From Lytechinus pictus (Eukaryota), in NCBI RefSeq assembly GCF_037042905.1, contig NC_087252.1, positions 14,075,872-14,136,000 on the forward strand: a stretch of DNA of 60,129 nucleotides, in the 5' to 3' direction. The notes beneath the pieces were generated by a model. That model saw only the letters and a list, made by a program, of their open reading frames with translations, was not told the origin of the DNA and searched no databases. Each line of letters opens with the position of its first letter. Position 1 is the first letter of the stretch. Both the position numbers and the translations under genes were made by a program. Below, piece by piece: positions 23,433 to 34,200 of this stretch.

Positions 23433-24283
23433 ATGGCGGGTAAGGGGGATGGCGCCAGAGTGAAGCGCACCCCTAAAAGCAAGAAAAAGGTGAAACATAC
23501 CAATCCAAATGATTCTGAATGTGATATAGCTGATGACACTGTTACGATTGATATGTCTGAACATTCACCTAATGATGATTATCACCTTCAAACAATTCTC
23601 ACTAAATTACTCAAAACAAAAGAATTCATGAAAACACTGGAGACTGTAGTGTCTGTAAAGAAACAATGGATAAAGTAGTGAATGTTCAATGTGAAAACAT
23701 GCGTCGCCACATAGAAGAAAATGAATCAGCCATCATTCAACTTCAAAATTCTTTGGAGAGTAAAGAGAAAGAAACATATATTCTGGAGAAACAGCTACAG
23801 AATGAAATCGAGAAAAGAGAAGACGTGGAGCGCCAATTGAATATTCTCGAGCAGTATACAAGGAGAAACAGCATTAGAATTTTTGGTGTGAAAGAGAAAA
23901 TAGGTGAAGATACCGATCAAATAGCAATTGACATTGCCAAGGATCAGCTTGGGTTCAAGTTGAAAAAACACCACATCGATCGATCCCATCGAGTAGGTCA
24001 AAAAGATCCAACCAAGGCTAAACCCATCATCGTTAAATTGTGTTCCTACAAACAGAAGACGCAATTTATGAAAGCGAAAAAGACATTGAAAGGGAGTGGA
24101 ATTTCTATTCAAGAAGATTTGACACTGACAACCCTCAAACTCCTCAAGAAGACAAGCCAACACAAAAATGTAAACGCGGCATGGACAAGTGATGGCCGTA
24201 TTATCGCCTCGGTTAAAACGACAGATCCTAACACTTCAATGAAGAAACAAATCTTCAGAGAAAGTGACCTTCTTGCCTTATAA
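23433..24283 (+). pseudogene. LINE ORF1 (coiled coil plus L1-ORF1-like RRM/CTD), one frameshift near 23650
   Basis: LEQYTRRNSIRIFGV, IDRSHRVG, PIIVKL, ISIQEDLT, AWTSDGRI motifs; split between 23433-23678 and 23666-24283. Confidence 0.85.
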
Positions 24284-24949
24284 ACTCTATTAACGCTACA
24301 GTTTGTCTATTCCATATGGGCAATTTTAGTAGATCCTGAAAAACTGTGTTATATTAAATACCCTTCTATAATATTTACGAAACTGTTGTTTAAATCAAAC
24401 CACATTGTATTGTAACTCAACATTAATATATATATATACTAGTATACATAATCATAAAGATTGTAATTTTATATTCTGCATTTGAATAACTCTTTGTATG
24501 TCTCAATACAACTTCAACCCGATAAATTTATGGGTTAAATTACTGTCTGTATCCAATGCCTATCAACATACCATTGATATATGCATACTTACATTATTAT
24601 ATTATCATGTGTCTATATATTTGCTGAAGGCAAACCTAAAATTGACGAATTTTCCTCCAGATTATCCGAATTGTTTATGCGCTAAATAATATATAGTAAT
24701 TGTTTTATACTTTTATATTCTATTTCATTATTATACACCATTATATTGTTTAGATCTTTGCTTATAGTGTGTACATATTCTATATTAGATCTTTAATGGG
24801 CTTTTGTATATGTTTTTCCTGCGTATTTAGTCTCTCAAAGTCATATTGTAACAATTGCCATTTCCACTTTAAGAACATGTCTTTAGATATCAATGCCAGT
24901 GTCTTAACGATAGTAGTGTACTGCATAAACGAACAATGTAAATCCTTAG

Positions 24950-27912
24950 ATGGTTGAGTCTTTAAACATGTCTTTTTCTGAAGAAGAACTCAAATCTAAT
25001 GAATGCCACTATTATTTACCCGATGAGTTTAATTCCTGTCATAATAACAACAAGTCTTATTTCAGCTTACTACATTTAAATGCCCGGAGTTTAAGTCGCA
25101 ACTTTGACAGTGTATCTAATCTACTTAAATCCCTGAACAATTCGCTATCCATCATTGGAGTAAGTGAATCATGGTTAAACCCTAATTCTCCTTCTTTATT
25201 CAATTTAGAAGGTTATCAGATGTTACGGTCGGACAGATTACACGGACGTGGAGGAGGCGTAGTATTATATGTAAAAGAAGATATTTCCTTTCAATTAACG
25301 ACCCCTCTGTCCGAATCACCAGACTTTGAGATGCTTTTTGTAGAAATTACCAATGTCAAATGTAAAAATGTAATTGTAGGTGTAGCGTATCGTCCACCCG
25401 GTACGAATATTGAATCATTCACTCTTCAATTAGAATCATGTATCAGTAATTTTTCGAAAGGTGGTAAACATATTTATCTAATGGGCGACTTTAATGTAAA
25501 CTTACTTACAAAAAACGACCAGACTTATAATACATTCATGTCGTTTCTGAATAGTTACGCCCTCTATCCATTAATAGATAAGCCTACCAGAGTATCCCCG
25601 GCATCCGCAACGCTTTTAGATAACATTTTCACAAATGTTGTAAGAGAAGATTTCCAAAGTGGTATTTTATATTCTGATATATCAGATCACCTTCCTATTT
25701 TTACAATATCAAGAAAAACACAAGGGAAACGATGTGAATCTAATGAATATTTTAATAGACAATATTCAATCGAAAATATAAACTCCCTTAAAATCGACCT
25801 TATAATAGAAACTTGGTCAGATGTATTTCAAGAAACACATGACGTGAACATAGCATATGAACTTTTTCTTCAAAAATTTAAGGAATATTATGATAAAAAT
25901 ATACCTTGTTTGCTCAAAAAGAAAAGAAAAAATAATATTCATAATCCCTGGATTACTAATGCGATAATGAATTCTATCCGAAAAAAGAACCGATTATATA
26001 AGTTGTATATACGCAATCCTAGCAATACCGTCCAACATAACATATTTAAGGCTTATCGTAACAAACTAACAGCCGTTATTAGAGCATCACGCAAAATGTA
26101 TTATACAAATAAACTTAAAAGAGTATCGGGAAATATGTCTGCTACCTGGTCCATCTTAAACAATATCTTAGGTAGGGGCAAAAGAACAGAATTCACAAAA
26201 GAAATGTACTCTGAAAAAGAAAAGACACGTGACCCACAGAAAATTGTAAACATCTTAAACAAATATTTTGTAAACATAGGGCCAACGTTATCAAAAACTT
26301 TTATAACTAATGAGCACTCTTTTAAAGATTTTTTACCTGATCGAGCTGAAAACTCGATATTTTTCAAACCCGTAAGACCACACGAAGTTATATCCATAGT
26401 AAAATCCCTTAAAAATACCAAAACTTGTGGTCATGACGATATTAACTCACTTATCTTAAAACAAATAATCTTTTTTATAGCTGAACCACTATGTCATATT
26501 TTCAACTTATCATTGTCTCTTGGATGCTATCCGAATTCTTTCAAATTAGCACGGGTCGTACCAATATTCAAAAAGGGAAATCGTATCCAATGTGAAAATT
26601 ACCGACCTATATCTATCTTACCCTCTTTATCTAAAATCTTAGAAAGAATAATCCATATCCAGGTATATATTTTTTTAGACAAAAACAAATTACTTTGCAC
26701 CGCCCAATATGGTTTTAGGAGACAACATTCAACTGAATTAGCAGTTTTGGACTTATATGATAGAATAACCAAATCCCTTGCAAAAAAACAATATATAACT
26801 GGATTATTTTTGGACCTTTCAAAAGCGTTCGACACGCTTGATCATTCAATATTAATACATAAACTTGAACGTTATATGGTATAAGGGGTACGCCTCTTGC
26901 ATGGTTCAAAGATTATTTAAAGAACAGAATTCAATACACTGAGGTCGACTTAAATGTATCACAAATTTTAGAACTCCAGTGTGGCGTCCCACAAGGATCC
27001 ATTCTTGGGCCGCTTCTTTTTATAATATATATGAACGACATTGTAAATTCTTCCAAAATGCTTAGCTATGTGTTATTTGCAGATGATACGACACTGTTAT
27101 ATTCCCATCATGATTTTAATAAAATGATCGTCACTATCAATGTAGAATTACGTAAACTAACCAACTGGCTACAATGTAATAAGTTATCTCTAAACCTCAG
27201 TAAAACCAATTATATTATATTTCACAACCCAATAAAAAAGATTATGGAAGACCAGTGCCAAATCTTAATAGACAATACCCTAATTGAAAGGAAAACTAAT
27301 GTTAAATTTCTTGGCGTTGTTCTCGATCAACATTTAAATTGGAATTTGCATTTTCAGCATCTAAGAACTCATATTTCTAGATTTATTGGTATAATGTTTA
27401 AACTTAAAGATACGTTAATGCCAAAGTCTATTATACTATTGTACAATTCTTTTATATTATCTTATTTATCTTATGCTAATATTGCGTGGGGTTGTGGAAC
27501 CAAAAGAAATGTTAATTCCTTATTGCTACTGCAGAAAAGAGCCATAAGAATTTGCACAGGTTCTCCTTACTTAGCCCATACTGATCCAATTTTCAAAAAA
27601 CTGAACATATTAAAAATATCTGATATCAATATCTTACAAACTGCAAATTTTATGTTCAATTATACTAATCACTTGGTTCCAAGCAATTTTAATTCAATGT
27701 TTATACGCAATAACCAGGTTCATGAACACAATACCAGAGGTTCTAACAATTTTCATCTTAGTAATCCCAAAACAGTACTTGCTTATAAATCCATTAGACA
27801 TAGAGGACCTGATGTTTGGCACTCGCTGCCTTGTGAAATTAAAAAATGTTCTTCGCTTTATTCTTTTAAACGTAAGCTAAAAAAACACATTATATCATCA
27901 TATGACTCATAA
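24950..27912 (+). pseudogene. LINE ORF2 APE-RT, one frameshift at ~26875
   Basis: LNARSL, SESWL, GDFN, SDH, YRPISIL, LDLSKAFD, GVPQGS, FADD; extra AT in TATATGGT breaks expected LERYGIRG. Confidence 0.9.
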
Positions 27913-28781
27913 ATATTCTTAAAGTGTATTTTGATAATTTATATATTGTTACACTGGCTTCCAGTTCCCGATGGGGGATGGGGGGGGGGTTAGGACATTT
28001 GTATTTATATTTTTTTCATCCTGTTCATGTCATCATTTTAACCTATGCCAATATATGTATTGCCATGATGGCACTCGGGGTCTGCCTCGTCAAGACCTTT
28101 CGGTCTTTTGCAGTCTCCCAAATTTCATTTTATATTTATGTATGTTTAATTGTTTTGTTACTATGTATTTCTCTGATATTGTATCTTGTATTTTTATTGA
28201 ATGGAATTTGAATAAATTGAATTGAATTGAATTGCATTGAAATCTCTTTTGAGTTTGGAAAGGGATGACAGTTTTGCATTCTATATGAGCACACTCATGC
28301 GGTACGTAAATTTCATTTTAACACATATATTAGCTGATATTACACACTGATGGTTCAAGAAAATGTTGGAGAAATATCATAACATGACAGTTGAGTTTTT
28401 ATTGTTTTTGTTTCATGCACTTATAAAGCATTTAAAACGTGTTAAAATCCAGGGTTAAAATCGTCCAAGGAATGACGGTAAGCCCGATGGCACATGAGAA
28501 GCCACACAGTTTGTAATTTGTGCTAGTCTTAATTTGTCCGAATCTGCATTTTATCATCATGCATTAAGAAGAAAAAAGATATTGCCAGTCGGGTTAGATT
28601 TAAGAGAGAAGTTGTATACATCATGCTCAATAAACAGATCACTTTGTACATGGTCCAGACAATTTTTGTCATTTTATCTTTCGTATGAGTTTAGAATAGG
28701 CTTACTTGTAACACAAATTGAATTTTCAAAAAAATTATATAAGTACAGTACACTGCAACAATGAAGGAATTTCCAATAACA

Positions 28782-29884
28782 CAGTGGCGTAACTACGGGG
28801 GGGGCATGGGGGGCACGTGCCCTCCAATCAGCTGGCCAGAAAAAAAAAACTGGGAAGAGGAGAAAAAGAGGGAGAAAGGAAGAGAAACGTAGTGGGAATG
28901 AAGAAATTATTGTTCATTATAATGTTATATTATAATAATTAATAATGTTATGTTATAATACATTTTGCTCAGGCCTAGATGTCTTTATTGTTCCCGGTAC
29001 TCGCATTGTCTGTTTAACGTTTTTAAGTCAATATACACCACATATATTTCCTCGCACTTCGACTTATTATTGTTTGATGTAGTGACATATGGTTCTTTTT
29101 CATGACTACTTAATGTGATTGCCCCATTTTAAGGTGTTAATATAAAACATTTCCTGTCCTTGCTTACGTTCGCACTAGTAGATTGGTGAGATATGTCTGC
29201 TCTTCATGAATTCCTAAAATTCAGTCCTTAAAATGTCCCTTTTTCTGATCTGAATATCAAAAATTTTCAGCTCGCGCTTCGCGCTCGCATCATTTGTTCA
29301 GTGAAATACGTATCGTATGGTCTTAGTGAATTCTTACAAATAGGCCTTAGAATGCCTCTCTTCAGGTCTGAATATCCTAAATTTTCAGCTCGCGCTCGCA
29401 ATATTGATGAGTGAGATGCGTATTATCATGATTACAATGACTACAAAAAGTGCTTCATGTGTTTAGATGTAGCAAAATCAGCAAGCGCTTTGCACTCGCA
29501 TTAGATGACTATGGGGAGATATGTATACTCTTAATGGATTCCTAAAATATAGTCCTTAACATGTCCTTGTTTGGGGTCAATATTTACAAAAATTTCAGCT
29601 CGCGCTTCGCGCTCGCATTGTTTGTTTAGCGAGACAGGTATGTATCATGATTACAAAAATTTGCTTATAATGTCCTTTTTGGTCTGCATATCAAGAATTT
29701 TCAGCTCGCGCTTCGCGCTTGCATTATTTGAGCAGTGAGATACATATCCGTTTAATGGCACTGTCCTTAAAATGTCCCTATTAGGTCAGTATACCTGGCA
29801 ACTGAGCGCGCTTCGCGCGCTCACTAAGTGACTCACAAATTTTGCTGGTGCCCCCCCAATGCCGTGACTCACGGTACGCCACTG
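28782..29884. mobile_element. hAT-type MITE with internal ~115-bp repeats, nested in the 22524-30023 element
   Basis: TIRs CAGTGGCGTA / TACGCCACTG; TSD CAATAACA / CAAGAACA; repeated AATTTTCAGCTCGCGCTTCGCGCTCGCA. Confidence 0.82.
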
Positions 29885-30157
29885 CAAGAACACCATGCAT
29901 ATCAATCACTCCCAAATGTCCTAACTTGTGATTTTAGTGGGGGTAATGTTGAAAGATCCCCATCCACAAGAACATTTGTGTCAATCATCCCCCCCCAACC
30001 AAGAATACCGATCGACACCCATGATAACAGACATTTATTTTAAACCTTTTTGGAGGTAATACAGTGATTTTTGGAATTGATATGTTATATACATATATCA
30101 TTATGTATATGTTATTGATTTGAATCAATAAAGAAAAAAATCAAACAAGCATTTTAA

Positions 30158-30750
30158 AGGACAAGTCCACCCCAACAAAAAGTTAATTTGAATAAAAAGA
30201 GAAAAATCCAAAATCGGATGTAAAATAAGAAAATAATGATATTTTAAAGTTTCGCTTGATTTCACAAAACAGTTATATGCACATCCTGATCGGTATGCAA
30301 ATGAGGAGACTGATGACGTCATCCACTCACTATTTCTTTTGTATTTTGATTATGTGAAATATGAATTTTCTCCTCATTAATTGTCAAGTGAAACAACAAT
30401 TAATTCCGCCCTGAACATGTAGATATAACATTGTTTATATGGCTCAGTCAAGTTGGTCCTTATTGTCGAATGTATAAAAAATGAAATATTGTATAATTCA
30501 AACAATAAAAAACAAAAGAAATAGTGAGTGATGGACATGCATCATCGACTGTCTCATCTGCATGCAACTGCATATGAGTAGCATGTGCATATCACCATGA
30601 TCACTGTTTTGTGAAAAATAAGTGGAACTTAAAAATGTCATAACTTTCTTACTTAATTTACATCCGATTTTGATGAAATTTTCATTGTTATGCTAGTTTG
30701 ATTTTTCTCTATTTATTCAAATCAACATTTTTCTGGGGTGGACTTGACCT
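30158..30750. mobile_element. TTAA-targeting Kolobok-like MITE
   Basis: TTAA|AGGACAAGTCCACCCC ... GGGGTGGACTTGACCT|TTAA; second copy at 12381-12952. Confidence 0.82.
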
Positions 30751-31119
30751 TTAAGCTCCATGGGTCCATTTCAGCCGGAGCAAAATGTATATTATCTAAT
30801 CCAACAGGCCTTAGTGACGTCAAAAGTTTTTCTTTTATCCAAGACTTCAATCCACTAATTTCCTTTTATTCACTCTTCTTTTCCTCTCTATTCCCCCCCT
30901 TTCTCTCCAAAGTTTCCCCTATTTTTGAGCCGCTAGCATGGCTATTGCCTATTGGAGAGGAGGGATATACGCCTTCTATCCTCTGCTTCTTCACTTTTCT
31001 CATATTTTTCATAAAAAAATCTTCTTGTTCTTCTTAGAACAAGTTCTTCATCAGTGCCTTTTGTTTGATCTTATTCATTCCCTGATCCTTTTTGTGATCG
31101 TGACTCGACTTGAGCTAGC

Positions 31120-31163
31120 TACCCGTACCCGGAAGTGCTGACATCCAATCCAAGATGGCAGCT
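31120..31163 (+). promoter_or_regulatory. Nicastrin proximal promoter motifs: ETS/GABP CCGGAAGTG and YY1-like AAGATGGC over the ATG
   Basis: CCGGAAGTG at 31129-31137; CAAGATGGCAGC at 31151-31162. Confidence 0.55.
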
Positions 31164-31224
31164 ATCATGGGAAACGAAAGTCGTATCCGGTTGTTACTAT
31201 TTTCCCTCATTTTCATCCTGTCCG
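31155..31224 (+). CDS. NCSTN: Nicastrin exon 1, signal peptide (MAAIMGNESRIRLLLFSLIFILS)
   Basis: ATG in AAGATGGC, hydrophobic stretch, GTAAGT donor, phase 1 fits exon 2. Confidence 0.78.
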
Positions 31225-34200
31225 GTAAGTCGTTTGACTTAAGTATGTTTTCGATGGAGAGTTTATGGAACTCTTTCCAGTAGATTGGAATTGATGAGAT
31301 TTTACAGTCGTTTTAGTAATATAAATTTAATATTGTATTGCATTAATGTTGCGTCGATCGTGTTACTGAGTCTGAGTGTTGGACTGCTGCTGCACTGCGG
31401 CGCACAGGCCCTGCGAGCGCCGGGCGAGCTTCGCTGAGCTGCACCGTTAGCCGCTTTGGCGTCGTGGCGTGGCCTGCTGCCGCGGAGATCGCGATCAGAA
31501 GCAGAGCCAAGTTGCTGTCTTCTTGCAGTCGAAAGTTTCAGTTTTGCAAGCAACTTCCCTGTTACTAGACCGATAAATCATGTTGTAAGTAGGTTTATTT
31601 CTGTCAGGGATATGCTCCGCTTAGCTTATTATAATACCGGTATGTGACAAAAAAAATGAAAATCATCAAATATCAATATTAAATTTGGTATCATTCAGTA
31701 GAGGCGCTGGTCAGAAAATTGGGATCGTCCCAGTTTACAGGGACTGTCTCAGTTTATAAGGATTTCTTCACACAAGAAATCTAAGAAAGTTCATTCACCT
31801 GTCAAGTGCCGACACCAATCAAGTGTGCTAGTCAATGTAAACATATCGGGTTTCATAACAAGATTATTGGAAGACAGTAAGTCATGAAAAATAGACGGTG
31901 AACTGGGGGGAATTGAGGTCACTGAATCTATTTTTAGCACTCTCAATTCCCGTGATTGCTGTCTTTGTCCCGTAGGGGGAAGTGAAAAAAAAACGTCCCC
32001 ATAAACAAGGACAGTCTCAATTTATCAAGACATGATTTGTCTTGGTTTATGAGGATATCCTCGTTTTCTGGGACAATCCCAATTTTCGGACCAGCGCCTC
32101 TTGACCTTTCAAATGATACCAAGTCCAAGAACTCTAATTTTCATCAAGAAATTCTAAAGTTATTCCAGTTTAAGTCGCGCATATTCACCCAAATTTGTTG
32201 TCGTTGTCTTAATTAATGTAAAGTCAATGGAATACAAAACCAATTTTTGTGACCAAGTCTGTTCAACTTCAAGTCAACACTCAACAGGCTCTATTAAATT
32301 CTTTGTTTTTGAGCCCTTTGAAGTAATTTTAGGTATCAATGGAAAGGTGAAAGAAAGCTCAATTGATGTGTAATCATGTCACTTTGTAATTTTTCTTAAT
32401 AATTTTTAATACCGGTATGTGTAAAATATTTTCTTCTAATTAATTGTAATTAATTATGCAAATTACGCAAAATAACATTTACTGGCCTCTTTTCTTTACC
32501 AAATGAAGGTGATCATGATAGATAATTTATATAATTTAGTTGGCATCAAAACAGCATCATGTAGATAATTTCCTAAATGAATTTGTTTAAAGTATTGTTT
32601 TTGTAATTTCTAATGTATTTCTTTGTTTTTCTGATGTAAATTACCAGCTCTTTTCAACTTTAGTATTGTATACATGTATGTACTAGTGCTGTTGTCGATA
32701 GGCCTCATATCGACATTGATGTCGACATACGAAGGATTTTCAATGTTTCCGACATGTCGACATGCACGCACCCACATCGTCATGTTAACATAAAATAAAA
32801 AGGGGTCTAGCCTAAAGTCACGAGTGTAAAGCTTTAAAGCTGAAAATTTAGAAGCATTTATCCAAAGTAATTGGTGCGATTAAAAGGTTTTTGTCTCACC
32901 TGCATAGCAGAGTGAGACTATAGGCGCCGCTTTTCCGACGGCGGCGGCGGCGTCAACACCAAATCTTAACCCGAGGTTAAGTTTTTGAAATGACAGCATA
33001 ACTTAGAAAGTATATGGACCTAGTTCATGAAACTTGGCCATAAGGTTAATCAAGTATTACTGAACATCCTGCCTGAGTTTCATGTCACATGACCAAGGTC
33101 AAAGGTCATTTAGGGTCAATGAACTTAGACCATGTTGGGGGAATCAACATCAAAATCTTAACCTAAGGTTAAGTTTTTGAAATGTCATCATAACTTAGAA
33201 AATATATGGACCTGGTTCATGAAACTTATACATAAGGTTAATCAAGTATCACTGAACATCCTGCATGAGTTTCACATCACATGACCAAGGTCAAAGGTCA
33301 TTTAGGGTCAATGAACTTTGGCCGAATTGGGGGTATCTGTTGAATTACCATCATAACTTTGAAAGTTTATGGATCTGATTCATGAAACTTAGACATAATA
33401 GTAATCAAGTATTACTGAACATCCTGTGCAAGTTTCAGGTCACATGATCAAGGTCAAAGGTCATTTAGGGTCAATAAACTTTGGCCAAATTGGGGTATTT
33501 GTTGAAATACAGCCATAAATTTGAAAGTGTGTTGGTCTAGTTCATAAAACTTGGACATAATAGTAATCAAGTATCACTGAACATCCTGTGCGAGTTTCAG
33601 GTCACATGATCAAGGTCAAAGGTCATGTAAGGTCAAAGAACTTTGGCCACGTTGGGGGTATTTGTTGAATTGCCATCATATCTCTATAAGTGTATTGGTC
33701 TAGTTCATAAAACGTGGAAATAAGAGTAACCAAGTATCACTGAACATCTTGTGCGAGTTATAGTAGTTTTCAAAATCAGCACTGCTGCTATATTGAATCG
33801 CGTGATGCAGGTGAGACGGCCAGAGGCATTCCACTTGTTTCAGCTTAGCAGCGCATTAAATGAAAAAAGAATACCTGCGAGCTGCGCGGCAGCAGAAATA
33901 CGTCGGTGCGGGGCCGGCCTGCCCGATCGAGCCGCCCTCGATCCCGACGATCGCTCTAGATCTATATCTAGCGCTATAGCGAGCGTAGCGTAGTAGCATT
34001 CACTGTACCCATCCACGGAAATATGTACCCATCGCTATTCTCCGTGCTTGATAATACGTTGCTCCTCAATGCATTACTTTTCACACAAACGTGAGCAGCA
34101 GCAAACACGTGTTTTTGTCAAATTTGTGACCGCCGCAATAGACCAGTTCGTAGTTATTCATGGACAATTTTGGTCAAATGACCTTTCATTTCTTTCATTA

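Larger units (their letters stand above)
23100..28235 (+). mobile_element. Near full-length two-ORF CR1/Crack-type LINE (5' boundary approximate)
   Basis: ORF1, ~670-bp spacer, APE-RT ORF2, 3' stem-loop AAGACC-TTTC-GGTCTT, tail AATAA(ATTGA)n. Confidence 0.88.
22524..30023. mobile_element. Non-autonomous hAT-type element inserted 151 bp upstream of the RRP1B ATG, with nested LINE and MITE
   Basis: TIRs CATGGGTGTCGATC / GATCGACACCCATG; perfect 8-bp TSD ATAACAGA at 22516-22523 and 30024-30031. Confidence 0.9.

Noticed and set aside
23640..23680. Programmed frameshift in LINE ORF1
   Set aside because: No slippery heptamer or downstream structure; the same copy has a second frameshift in ORF2, so decay is simpler.
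30760..31120. Purine-rich minus-strand stretch resembling a third gene between the promoters
   Set aside because: Stops in all three frames and no recognisable protein.
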